DNA of 64,000 bases, from the NCBI RefSeq assembly GCF_020745735.1, contig NC_083420.1, positions 75,965,465 to 76,029,464 of the forward strand. The letters run 5' to 3'. A program made the position numbers and the translations under genes. Positions within the stretch are counted from its first letter, which is position 1; the number at the start of each line of letters is the position of its first letter. The stretch is from Hemiscyllium ocellatum. Taxonomy: Eukaryota. Shown piece by piece: positions 38,076 through 50,102 of this stretch. The notes beneath the pieces were generated by a model. That model did not search any database and was not told the DNA's origin. It saw nothing but the letters and a program-made list of their open reading frames with translations.

Positions 38076-38721
38076 GATGGGTTTCTTAGTCAGGTTCGGC
38101 ACAGGAAAGGAACCATCGCCTTTTTGTTGAACAGATAGGGAAGGCCAGGTAGGAAGGTCGCACATCCTCCTCTGAAGGATAATACTGAACCATGTAACAT
38201 GCTTCAAAACTTTGGTAGGTCTGTGATTATCATTCGTTACTTCAGCAGTTTCATTTCATACTCTTTCATTAATTGAAGCTACTATGGTATAGTTTGATTC
38301 TGGAACTTTACTCCAAACCTTTTGATTGCTTATTACATGCTCATAATGCCTCCTTAACCACTTTCTCAAACTGTCATGTTAGCCTCAATGATTTTTTTAT
38401 TGACTCATGGAACACGGTGGTTGCTTTTAGTTGTCGGTAGGTGTCCTTCAGAAGATGGCAGAAAGCTGCCTTTCTGAAATAACATGTTCCAAAATGACCT
38501 GAGGAAGGGAATTCCAGATTTTGACCCAGTTACAGTAAAAGATCGATGATATATTTCCATGTCAGGATGCTGAGTAGTTTAGAGAGGAGCTTACAGTGGT
38601 GCTGCTCCCATGTGTCTGTTGTTCTTATCCATCGAGATGCAAGTGGTAGTGGGAAGGTACTGTGTAAGGAAGTGGCTAAGTTACTGCAGTGCAGTATTTT
38701 AGATAGTGCATACGGCAGGTA

Positions 38722-38813
38722 TGCCTGAAGAAGGGCTTATGCCCGAAACATCGATTCTCCTGCTCCTTGGATGCTGCCTGACCTGCTGCGCTTTTCTAGC
38801 AACACATTTTTCA
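38722..38813 (+). mobile_element. Penelope-derived short insertion with a 14-bp TSD
   Basis: Flanks GCATACGGCAGGTA (38708-38721) and GCATATGGCAGGTA (38814-38827); begins CTGAAGAAGGGCTTATGCCCGAAACATC. Confidence 0.75.
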
Positions 38814-39647
38814 GCATATGGCAGGTACTAAGCATCAGATTTGGAGGCAATGGACGCTTGTGGATGTGCTGCTGATCAAGTGGGATGCTTTGTCCTGGAC
38901 AATGCCTAGCTTCTTGAGTGCAGTTGAAGGTGCTCCTGTCCAGTCAAAGGGCGAGCTGTGCTATTACCCTCCTGACTTCTGTCTCTTAGACAGTCAGTTG
39001 GCTTTGCAAGTCAGGAGGGTGAGTTACTCGCTGCAGTATTCCTAGCCTCTGGCCTGCTCTTACAACCATTGTATTTATATGGAGTGTCCAGCTCAATTTC
39101 TAATGAACAATAAAACCCAGGATGTCGATGGTGAGGGATTCCGTGATGGTAACACTATTGAATGTCAAGGGGTTTTGGTTAGATTGTCTCTTATTGTCAA
39201 TGGTCATTGTCTCGCAGGTTTGTGGTGTGAATGCTATTTGCCACTTGTCAGCTCAAGGCTGGAAATTGTCCAGATTTTGTTGCGTTTGAATGTGGACTGA
39301 GCAGTCCCAAAAAAAATGCTAGATCAATGCAGATTTCACTTCTGACCTTCTGAGGGAGGGAAAGGCATTGCTGAAGCAGCTGAACATGATTGGGCCAAGG
39401 ACACTTTCTTTAGGAACTCCAACAGAGATTTGCTTTGGCTGAGACGACTACCCTCTAACAAGCAGTGCCACCTTCCAATGTGTGAGGTCTGACTGCAGGC
39501 AGCAGGGAGGTTGTCACCTGATACCCATTGAATCCAGTTTTGCTAGGACTCCATAATATCACACTCTGTCGAATGTGACCTTAATGTGAAGGGCTGTCAC
39601 TCTTCCCTCATTTCTGGAATTCAGTTCTTTGTCCATGTTTAAATCAA

Positions 39648-39874
39648 CTAGGAGAAAGTGAGGACCGCAGATGCTGGAGATCAGAGCTTAAAAATGTGTT
39701 GCTGGAAAAGCGCAGCAGGTCAGGCAGCATCAAAGGAGCAGGAGAATCGGCGTTTCGGGCATAAGCCCTTCTTCAGGAATCAGGCTTCAGAAGGGCTTAT
39801 GCCCAAAACGTCGATTCTCCTGCTCCTTTGATGCTGCCTGACCTGCTGCGCTTTTCCAGCAACACATTTTTAAG
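39648..39874. mobile_element. Penelope-derived fold-back mini-insertion with a perfect 15-bp TSD
   Basis: CCATGTTTAAATCAA at 39633-39647 and 39875-39889; near-perfect ~90-bp inverted arms. Confidence 0.85.
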
Positions 39875-42339
39875 CCATGTTTAAATCAAGTCTGTAATTC
39901 AGTCATGAGCTGAGTAGGCCTTGCGCAACCCACATTTTATGTCACTGAGCAGGTTATTACTGAGCTAGTGCTGCTTGATAGCACTGTTGAAAGCACCTTC
40001 CTACACCTAACTCATGATTGAGCATGGACTGATGGAGCAGTAATTCGCCAGGGTGGTTTGACCTATTTTCTGTGCACAGGACATGCCTGGCCTATTTTCC
40101 ACATTGTCCATGCCAGTGTGGTAGCTGTACTCGGAGTGCTTGGCTAGCACAAGTCAGCAGTATTATTGCCAGAATTTTGTCAGGCTCCATAGCATTTGCA
40201 GTAACCAGTGCCCCCCGCCCAACAGTGCCTTCATTTCACATGGAGAGAAGCGAATTCCCTGAAGACAGGTATCTGTGATATTGGTGATCTATAGAAGATG
40301 CCGAGATGGATCAGACAATTGGCACTTCTGGCTGACGATTGCTGTGAATGCTTCAGCCTTAACTTTTGCGCTGATGTGTTGTGCTCTCCAAAGCAGAGCA
40401 AGGGGATATCTGTGGAGCTTATTCCTTCAATGAGTTGTTTAATTATCAACTTTAGTTCATGACTTGATGTGGCAGCACTGCAGGCTCAGACCCCAGTTTC
40501 CTAAAGTAATGGTCTAGCCACAATATCTCCAGACTATAACTCCAACCCACACTCCATGATGTGGATATGCACAACAGAAGATCGCTTATCCTTTGTATTT
40601 GTAGATTCCAACAATGCATCGTATATTCACTTCATTTGTTAGTCTTGAAAATGCTTTACTTCACAGACTTTAGGATATAATGTTCTGTTTTCAATTCTTC
40701 TCTCCAACAGGCAAGGTCATCGATGTCACACTAGCTTTCCTCCTCATTAATTGCAAAACCAAACGTTTTTCACCTCATCTTTGAACTTACTGATCAAAAT
40801 TGCTACATTCTTGACTAGATCGTTCATATACGCTGCAAACAGCAAAGGATCCAGCACCAAGTCGTATAGTAAGCCACTGGACACAAGATGTCTTCACAAT
40901 GTCTACCTTCGACCATTACCTTCTGCCAACAAATAACCCTTCGATGCATTTGCCAAACTGCACCAGATCCCATGAACCCTTAGTATATTGAAGATGCAAG
41001 ACCTGGTCAAAAACCTGATTGAAGTCAAGAAGCATTACATCCACTTTTTACACCCGATGGCACATCTCATTGCCTCTCCGGAAAACAGAATCAACCACTT
41101 CCGATATGATCTCACTTCCACCAAAGCCCTGCTGAATTTTATTGCTTAAACCTTACAATTCCAACTTTTAATGAATGCTGTCTCTTAGATTTATTTATTA
41201 CCTTCCCTCAAGCTTTCTACTTTTAAACATAGGTTTATGAGCGAAACTACATATTGTCATTTCGCTCCTTTCACCCGATGATATCTCTTCTTATCTCTCT
41301 GACAGATAATTTACTCGAGCTGAAATAATCTTGTGTCTCTTCTGCTTCATTCTGGAAAATGGGAATGGAATTGAATACAATGTTGAGACCAACAGCAAAC
41401 TGTCCGTTTGTTCTTGACACTGTCAGTGTGTGTTCACCCTCAGAGGTAGGAAGACTGTTTGTGCTGATAATACGGAAAGTAGCGCCTGATGTATCATTCT
41501 CAGCTGGCGCGCAACTTCCTGTTTCTATGTGCCAGCAGCAAGCCACACATCTCACTTCTGATCAGAAAATAAACCCAGGGGATACAATCTGGCAGAAACA
41601 TCTGCCAATGTGGCCTAGATCAGGACACAGAGTGTGAAGTGATCACATTGAAGTGACATTTGCAAATCGACCTTTCGATCTCTATTTCACGGTCTGATTC
41701 CAGGACGTCGTTGGACGAGTCTCTCGACGATCTAACAAGCTCATTCGATTCACTAACGTCTGGAACACATTGACATGCACCTTTTCATGTCTTTGATCTT
41801 GTACTACTTGTTACTCTCTCTTCAGATTTAATGTTCCCAGCTTTTGATTCTGTCTTCTGTATCCATCACCTTCCCACCCAAATACATTCTGTTTGATCTA
41901 TTTCCTAAATTTTGATCAACTAAACAAATAATACAGTTTAGTACAGACAGGTATGTTGGTGTGTCCGATTAACAGAATCAATATATGGAGAGATCATATT
42001 GGCTGTATCTAAATCTGACCGACATTGAATTCAAATAAACCACCGCACTGTGTGGTTTCAAACCTTGCAAATCTTCTCTCTTTGATAGAGCTTGTTCTAA
42101 CAGTTAATTCTTGTCTTGATTATTTCAGAAACTATAACTAAAAATTCCAAGTTTCAAATATTATTACAAGTTGCAGCACTGGCATTTCCTACAGTGAGCT
42201 TTGTGGTGTTTAAATGTTCTGGTCAAAATTTGCTTCAAGCAGAAGACTGAACCATTGGTTTCTCTGAGTTCCCAGCCACTGCCCTTGCAGTTCCATAATA
42301 ACTGCAAGCTATTGATAAGCCCCAGAATGAACAGAATGT

Positions 42340-43460
42340 CCAGGCCCTGTACACATCCAAACGCCATGATGGAGGCCTCGAAGCCCTCCGTTTCTTCCTG
42401 TCATGCCAACCCAAGCAGTACATGCTCAACCTCAACTACATTTCCTTTCAATCCTCCCACTTCCTCCAAACCAAAGGGGTAGCCATGGACCCCAGCTATG
42501 CCTGCCTCTTCGTCAGATATGTGGAACAGTCAATCTTCCACAGCTACACCGGTATCATTGCCCACCTTTACCACCGCTACATTGATGACTGTATCAATGC
42601 CACCTCATGCAACCACTAGGAGGTTGAACAGTTCATTAACTTTACGAAAACCTTCCACCCTGACCTAAACTTTACAGGGACCATCTCGGACACCTCCCTC
42701 CCTTTCCTAGACCTCTCCATCTCTATCTCCAGTGACCAACTAAACATTTACTACAAGCCCACTGACTCCCACAGCTACCTGGACTACACCTCCTCCCACC
42801 CGACCTCAGGTAAAAATGCCATCCTTTATTCTCAATTCCTCTGCCTCCACCGCATCTGCTCCCAGGAGGTCCAGTTCCACCATAAAACATCCCAGATCCT
42901 TTATCAAAGAATGCAATTTCCCTCCCACGTGGTCGATGATGCCCTTGAACCCCATCCCTCCAATCGCAACAGGGAGCCCTCCTGGTCCTCATCTTCCACC
43001 GCACCAACCTTGCATACATCATATCATCCTCTGCTGCTTCCACCACTGTAAACAGACCCCATCACTCGGGGTATATTTCCCTCCCTACACCTATCTGCAT
43101 TCCGGAGACACCATTCCCTCCACGACTCCCTCGTCAGGTCCATGCCCCCCACCAGCCCACTCCCCACCCCTGTCACCTTCCCCTGTCACCACAGGAAGTG
43201 CAAAACCTGCGCCCACACCTCCCCCCTCACCTCCGACAAGGCCCCAAATGATCCTTCCACATCCCACAGAAACTTATCTATACTTCCACAAATGTCATCC
43301 ACTGTGTCTGTTCCACCCGATGTGGTCTCCTCTGCATCAGGGAGACAGGACACTAACTTGCAGATCATTTAAGAGAACATCTCTGGGACACCCGTGCCAA
43401 CCAACCCCACGGCCCTGTGGCTGAACACTTTAACTCCCCCTCCCACTCCACCAAGAACAG
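42340..43460 (+). mobile_element. Truncated Penelope-like element (RT C-half to GIY-YIG)
   Basis: HFLQTKGVAMDPSYACLFVRYVEQSIF...YHRYIDDCI (42422-42619); FPCHHRKCKTCAH linker; collinear with 23340-24530. Confidence 0.85.
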
Positions 43461-43998
43461 CCAGTCATATTCCTGTTCAATTCCAATGAATAAATACAAA
43501 ATAACCGAGTCTGAATTTGGGATGATATTAATAGGATTTATTTCAATCTAAGCATGAACAGATTATTTTGACTTAACAGGTGGAGAGATTCACTTCCTGA
43601 AAAAGCAGCTCAAGTGATATAAGCTGGCACCAAACCGAGTTTGGTCAATACTGAGGCAAAAGTACAGCATCCAGTCTTGAGTGAAATAAATAAAGAAACT
43701 ATCTTAACCCCGGAACAAGATAGAGTGTATTAAATATGAACAAAGACTCGAGTATTTTAGGATATAATAGAAAAGTAATTTATAGTATATTGAAATGCAA
43801 ACAGAGATGTGAAGCCTCTACATTCTTCCTAGCTAAATTAATCATTTCAGAAATGCCTTTGTTAATTTTCATGTGTCACTCGTCGGTCCATTCCACGAAC
43901 CTTGCGAGGTCCTTGTTAAATTCTGAACCATCAGGCGATGGTTCACAGTGGTTGCGAGTTTCATGTTACAGCAAATTGTGATGTTGTCCACTGTATGC

Positions 43999-44580
43999 CA
44001 ATGTCTTAGTTAAAAATTTGAAGCAATCACAGCTCCAAACATTTACACAATATCACTATGGATCTTCCTTGAGTCCAAAAAAAAAATCCCTTTGATCAAT
44101 GATTTCTAAAATTTGTTCCCATATCTTTTTTTGAAGGACGTTTTCAAATAACTTGAAGTGCAAATGGTTCACATCAGTCGGAATACAGTAACATTTCATG
44201 TGTTACCCCACACAAAAAAAATCAAGCAATTTTGTTATCACGAGTTGTTCTAAGCAAGTCTAGGATGGACTGTTTTATCAAACAAAATCATTTCCAATGT
44301 TGTGAGGGCTCGTCTATCTTCTGTGCAATGGTCTGAATTTTGTATCTGAATGCAGATGTAACTGGCTGCTCTGGGTAAAAGTACAGTTTGTGCCTTTCAC
44401 ATTGTTAATGTGTATTGCTGACTTTAGTTGAATAAAGTGATGTTGTCCCAGGCATCGTCTGGCACCATTAATTAGACCATTAATTTCCACATCGCTAGCC
44501 GGAGAGTCAGGTGGAGTTTATTAATATCATTGAACCGAAGGCTTGGAATATTTCCGGTATGAATCATGTGAATTAGAGCC
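43999..44580 (+). repeat. Left arm of a long inverted repeat
   Basis: Collinear reverse complement of 46198-46791. Shared blocks include CAGCTCCAAACATTTAC, CTATGGATCTTCCTTGAGTCCAAAAA, GTACTTTTACCCAGAGCAGCCAG (as reverse complement) and ATTAATTAGACCATTAATTTCCACATCGCT. Confidence 0.93.
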
Positions 44581-45107
44581 TCTGAACGAGACAAAGTAGG
44601 AAAGATGAATTGAGGAAAGATGAAGTTTTCACGACAGAGAGAGATCACTTCGCCCATTACACCTGTATCATGTGAAAACAGAACCTTCCAGCCAACACCC
44701 ACTTTATAGCATGTTGTCCATAACCCTGCAGGTGATAGCACTTGAAGTAAACATTCGGGAACATTGTGTAGGGTCTAATCCATTATCAACATAGATATGA
44801 TCTCCAATGCTGTAAATCCTGGCTTATGGGGAAAAAAGTAGGGGCAGAACACCCATTTCTAAACGTTGTTTCTCAGGACGTTTTGACAATTCTTGACTTA
44901 ATATCATTGTAAACTGACATGAAAAAAATGCAGACATGTTCCCCAGAAACGCTGACAGCAACATACCTTTACTCAGTCAAGATCAGCAAGATGAATTAAG
45001 AAAGTTTTTAAAAATCTTTCTTTTAACTGATTATTGACAACACGGATTTCACAAAGTGAAACGTACAGAAGGGAAGGGTGGAGGGCTGGGTGTGGACGAT
45101 GTTCACT

Positions 45108-45585
45108 TGTGAGAAACAAAGCTCACACACTTCAATAATTTCAGTCCGAGACAAAATCTGAATCAGTGGTGCCCTTTATTTCACTCTTGCAAGACGGTGT
45201 GATGTCCACTGTCCACAAGGCAGGGACACACACACTGAATTCAACTAATACACAATATTTATGTAATTTGGTTTCTATTTTTTTATGTCATTGCTCCTCC
45301 CCTGTTTACATCTTCCACTTCCCTAAGACCGGCGCCCTCCTTGTCTGTGACAAATGCTTATTTCTGGCCTCACAAGGCTGTTTGACATCATCCCGCTGTG
45401 GCCCATTGTTAGGCATATCCTTTCTTCACTATTATCTATTCCCTCCATCTGTGCCTTCCCCTACCATACTGATCCTTATGACCCTTTTAATTGGGGTTTG
45501 TTCCTGTGTTTCAGTAAAAGTGGGAAACAAATGTTTATACCTACTGTTTGTACAGGCATATCTAGCTTAACTCCCTCCCCTCACA
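45108..45585 (-). mobile_element. Candidate solo LTR
   Basis: TGTGAG...CTCACA inverted termini (TG..CA) and a minus-strand AATAAA at ~45174; no convincing TSD. Confidence 0.35.
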
Positions 45586-46197
45586 GCATCTTATCTATTC
45601 GTCTGTAATATCTACCATTGTTTTGCAGTCACGTTTCATTCTTGCATACAATTTTAGTGAATACAAAAACAATTCTGTATTTCCTCTATATAGTTTCCAT
45701 TCTTGTTGACTCAGCTCTTGGCTGTAACAATTACACACTGGTGTGAGTTCATTTACTTTGTATAAGTAATTATAATTGCAGAAGTAACACTACTTTACCT
45801 ATATCCCACACACTGTTCCCTGATGTCTGTTTGCATTTGTGAGCAACAGGTGAACCTGCGAACCAGATTCAGGATGGTACTGCAGGTATTTCAGCAGATA
45901 CTGTGTAAACGGAATTCTCCCATAAATCAGCAATGACATGAACATTTATTTTTTATGGTGTTTGAAACCAAATTAAATTGAACAATATGGTGGGACAAGT
46001 TCCTTTCATTTCTTTGAACTAGTATCAAGGGACACTCTCTGTGGACCTGGAGTGGCAGGAGGATCTTTAACAGCAGAATGTGAGGGAACAAAGTTACCGT
46101 TGGAAATCCAGATAGACTGGAACTTGTTTCACTGGAGGGTGAGAGTTCGGGGGGTGACCTCATATAAGTTTATAAAGCCATGAGTGGAAAGGTGAAT

Positions 46198-46791
46198 GGC
46201 TCTAATTTACATGATTCATCCTGGAAATGTACGAAGCTTTCGTTTCAAAAATATCACATATCAATAAACTCCACCTGATCCTCTGGCGAGCGATGTGGAA
46301 ATTAATGGTCTAATTAATGGTGCCAGACGATGCCTGGGGCAACATCCCTTTATTCAACTAAAGTCAGCAATATACATTAACAATGTGAAAGGCGCAAACT
46401 GTACTTTTACCCAGAGCAGCCAGTTTCATCTGCAGTCAGACACAACTTCAAAATTCAGACCATTGCACAGAAGATAGACAAGCCCTCACAACACTGGAAA
46501 TGATTTTGTTTGATAAAAGAATTCATCGTAGACTTCCTCAGAGCAACTCATGTCAACAAACTTGTTTTTTTGTGTGTGGGGTAACACACGAAATGTCACT
46601 TTAATACGATTGATGTGAACCACTTGCATTTCAGAAGTTATTTGAAAACGTCCATCACATTAGATACGCGAATAAATTTTACAAATCATTGATCAAAGGG
46701 GACAATCTTTTTTGGACTCAAGGAAGATCCATAGTAATATTTTGTAAATGTTTGGAGCTGGGATTGTTTTCAATTTTTGACCCAGACATTG
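46198..46791 (-). repeat. Right arm of a long inverted repeat
   Basis: Reverse complement of 43999-44580 with scattered substitutions and small indels (roughly 85% identical by eye). Confidence 0.93.
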
Positions 46792-46849
46792 TCGTATTTT
46801 CCCTATGGTGGGGGATTTCAACAATAGGGAACATGTTTTACAATGAGAG

Positions 46850-47100
46850 GAGAAAAATTTTTAAAACGATATCAGAGACAACTTTTTATACAGAGAATGG
46901 TTTGTGTCTGGGATGATCTGGTGGTGGATACTTACAACCTATAGAAGACATTTGGATAAGTAAATGAATATCAAATGTTTGGAAGGATATGGGCCAAGTA
47001 CACACAGGTGGGATTAGTTTAGTTTGGGATTATGACTGGCATGGACTGGTTGGACTGAAGTGTCTGTTTCCATGCTGTCTCACTCCATGACTCTATGACT
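46850..47100 (+). mobile_element. CR1 3' end
   Basis: GAAGACATTTGGATAAG...GGACTGAAGTGTCTGTTTCCATGCTGT...GACTCTATGACT tail. Confidence 0.7.
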
Positions 47101-48260
47101 AGTTATCAATTTTTCTCAACATTAAACAGTGCTGCAGTGATCCTCGAATGAACTGTTGATGTTTAGGTTGTGTCTGAGACTCTGCGAATATTTCCTTCAA
47201 TGAGAGGAGGGACTAGTTCTCCAAGTTTCACAACTGAAAAATAAACTTTTCTCCAGTATTGTTGCTGAGTAGATTTGTTTCTGCAGAGGCAGTGGTTATG
47301 GTTTGCAGTTTGCTTTCCACCAACTGGTCAACAGTGAGACAAAATATCTTTGATCCCCTGCAGAAACTCCACCTGCTTCCAGTAAATGAACCTGGGAACT
47401 CAAGGACCTTTTCTGCAGTCAGCTTAATTGCTGCCAACTATTGTATCTGGCCTATTAAAGGGAAAATGAATCAACTAAAGTAAAATCCTACCAAACAAAC
47501 TATATTTTCCCATGTACTCACAATGGATACATTTCACTTGGCATTTCTTCTTTAAAAAGGAAAGTCACTGAATACAGCATTCACTGTATGACTATCAGAA
47601 ACAGGACATTGAATGCAATGACATTCTGGTTAGTTCAGCCTGTTTATTGAGTATCTTTAAAGCTCCTGAATATGAAGTTAATGGATCCAAAATCCCACAT
47701 TGCAGTAACATTTGTTATCATCTCAAAGTAAATTAACAAACTTGAATTGGTTCAAACTCACATCACTTGGTACACCATTCACTGATTCATTTATCTCATT
47801 AAAACTGAGTGGGCCCTTTATACATGGTTAACACTGGTGTCGTGTAACAGCGAATTTCTGCTTATTTTTATGAGTTAACTGCCCCTGTCAGAGCTATCAG
47901 TGAGCAGAGAAATGGACTGTTTATAACCTACATTCGTGGTAATGATTATTGTAATACTCTCTAATTTAACCAAACACTCCTGATGTACCCAGACAGTTAC
48001 CTGCAATGGTTTAGATGTTGAGGATTTTTTTTTTAAAAAACGTATGGACTGTCCTGTTCTAGTTCATTAGATGCTCTTTCAAAAGTTTACCTAGGTGTTA
48101 TGTATCACTGCCAACTCACTTTTTGTTTCTCAGGCACACAGCTTTCCTTTACTATGCATTTTAAAAAATTTGAAAAAAAAGATGCAAGGAGAGACATTCT
48201 GCAATGTAAGGAGGTGCTTCTAATCTCCGGGTCCAAGCTGTTTAGTGATATCCACTCACA

Positions 48261-48711
48261 TTCTGAACATAATCACTTTAGTCCTGCTCCATATTAGGTT
48301 GCCTAAATGGAATTTAGAAACGCAGATTAGAAATGGGATGTTATTTTGTAAAGTGAGAGAGACGTTGAGTGACAGCAAAAATAAAGTCACTCATTTTGTT
48401 GGTTAATAATATGATTGAAGTTCTTTTTAGCTTTATCTGCTTGTAGTGGAATGTAGAATTAAAGGGAGTTAACTTCTAATTGAATATTCTGAATATAATC
48501 ACTTTGGACACGCTCTGTATTCAGTTGCCTAAATTGAATTTTGAAATGTTTAGTATGAATTACATGTTATTTTGTAGTGGGACAGAGACTGGCAGTGTTC
48601 TGGGGAAAAAACTCAATTGTTTTACTAGCTAGTAATATGTTTGAACTTTGATTTTAGTTTTATCTGTTTGTGAATGAATGTAGAAATAATGGGAGTTAAC
48701 TTCCGAATGAA
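48261..48711. repeat. Diverged two-copy tandem duplication, period ~226 bp
   Basis: TTCTGAA(C/T)ATAATCACTTT at 48261 and 48487; GTTGCCTAAAT; ATGTTATTTTGTA; GAATGTAGAA; GGGAGTTAACTTC at 48464 and 48691. Confidence 0.85.
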
Positions 48712-48879
48712 TTTATTTTAAAACAAAATACTTGTAACTATCATGTGAAATAGACCTGAAGGTACTCAATTTTACTTCCACCATTAAAAAAAAACACTCC
48801 CAAAGAAGCTATTCAGCAAAATAAATATCCCAAGATGTGTATATATCCATGTTTAAGCGTAACCTGGTAAGTACATGAG

Positions 48880-49010
48880 CCCATGTGTTGGGGCTGTGCA
48901 AGCTGAGACCAGGATCCAGTCTCAGCCTCCAGCAGGAAACCAACAGGCGGAAGCTGTGAGCCTGCCCTTTCCGATGGCCATATAAATCCTAGGCACTGGA
49001 CCGTAATTCA
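48880..49010 (+). promoter_or_regulatory. Predicted IgH V promoter
   Basis: TATAAA at 48981-48986, 88 bp before the ATG, with no upstream ATG in between. Ets-like CAGGAAAC (48933) and CGGAAGC (48948), E-box CATGTG (48882). No ATGCAAAT/ATTTGCAT octamer nearby. Confidence 0.65.
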
Positions 49011-49073
49011 ACACTCCAGGATCGGCTTTGTTTAGAAAGATCTTGACAGAACCGCTTCCCAGAAGTTATCAGA

Positions 49074-49122
49074 ATGATTGTGTCGACAATTTTTCTCAGT
49101 TTATTACTGACTTTCTTATCAT
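49074..49122 (+). CDS. IGHV: IgH leader exon ([16 protein letters not shown], phase 1)
   Basis: Hydrophobic signal peptide, A at -3, donor GTGAGT at 49123. A 106-bp intron ends TTTTTTAAAG at 49228. The spliced leader is [20 protein letters not shown]. Confidence 0.95.
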
Positions 49123-49228
49123 GTGAGTGTTTTTTTTGTTTCAGTCTGTCTTTGTTGCTGTCTCAATGTTAGTCTACCTCAGGAATGTAAAAGTAATGCT
49201 CATGGTTTATTTCTTGTCTTTTTTAAAG

Positions 49229-49588
49229 GTGTCCAGTCGGAGATTGTTTTGACCCAGCCAGAGGCAAAGACTGGCCATCCCGGAAGCAGCCTGACACTGA
49301 CCTGTAAAACCAGCGGGTTCGATCTTGGCAGCTATAGCATGCACTGGGTCCGCCAGGTTCCCGGCCAGGGTCTGGAGTGGCTGCTTTGGTACCATAGTTC
49401 ATCCAGCAATAAATATACACCAGCGATTCAGGGTCGATTTACTGCGTCCAAAGACAATTCAAACAACATTTTCTCGTTGAAAATGACTGACCTGAAGATC
49501 GAAGACACCGCCATCTATTACTGTTGGGTATATAGCTGGGGTGCTGTTGATTACTGGGGCCAAGGGACCATGGTGACAGTGACTTCAG
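49229..49588 (+). CDS. IGHV: Pre-joined IgM-class VH-D-JH exon
   Basis: [116 protein letters not shown]. Canonical Cys/Trp/Cys and WGQG in one open frame, no RSS, donor G|GTAAG at 49588/49589. Confidence 0.97.
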
Positions 49589-50102
49589 GTAAGAACTTTG
49601 AACATTCATAATGACTTTTTAAAAACTTTCTATTCATGTGACTAATTTCTGAATTAAATGAAACTCAGATTCTGTGCTGAGTTTGGTTTGGTTTGGATTG
49701 ATTTTTGTTCAGACTGATTATAGACTTCAATTAAGGCTCAGCAAATAGTTAAAATGGTGATGATGGAGTCATTTGCTCAGTGTATCTCTTTTTTTTGATC
49801 AGATGGACATTCTATGTGGCTGGGTTACTTGAAACACCTAATGTCTCTTAATCAGTCAGCTATAAATAATGTTTAATGTCAGTGACACCCTGACTGTGAG
49901 TTTTATTATCAACAACAAATGCTACGAATTCAAAGATGTTCAAGATATTACCAAACATGACTAAAATATGCTAAAATATCATTATTCATTTCTTGAATAT
50001 ATGTTCTTACCATGATTATATTTTCTCATTTATTTTGTTAATTTTGTTGATGACAAGCAGGTTAGAAACTGTCATCAAAGTTTCTTGCGGTGCTATATTG
50101 CA

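Larger units (their letters stand above)
38380..40480 (-). mobile_element. Old degenerate LINE RT (CR1/L2 superfamily)
   Basis: Reverse complement of ~39330-39430 reads SVGVPKESVLGPIMFSCFSNAFPS, a decayed GVPQGSVLGP..F..FINDLP motif. Confidence 0.6.

Noticed and set aside
41271-41637. Overlapping 92-94 aa ORFs on both strands as an exon of a second gene
   Set aside because: No recognisable domain, and the nearby good acceptor (41305) is followed by early stops in all three frames. Treated as possible regulatory DNA instead.
44184-44220. RSS-like TACAGTA-21-ACAAAAAAA in the left inverted-repeat arm and TAAAGTG-23-ACAAAAAAA in the right arm
   Set aside because: The essential CAC is missing in both, no V-like coding sequence precedes them, and a 23/23 pair breaks the 12/23 rule. 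The A-run explains the nonamer match.
49123-49611. ORF-track protein starting [12 protein letters not shown] as the V-region N-terminus
   Set aside because: That ORF starts at the GT splice donor and reads through the leader intron. The real start is the ATG at 49074, with splicing to 49229.
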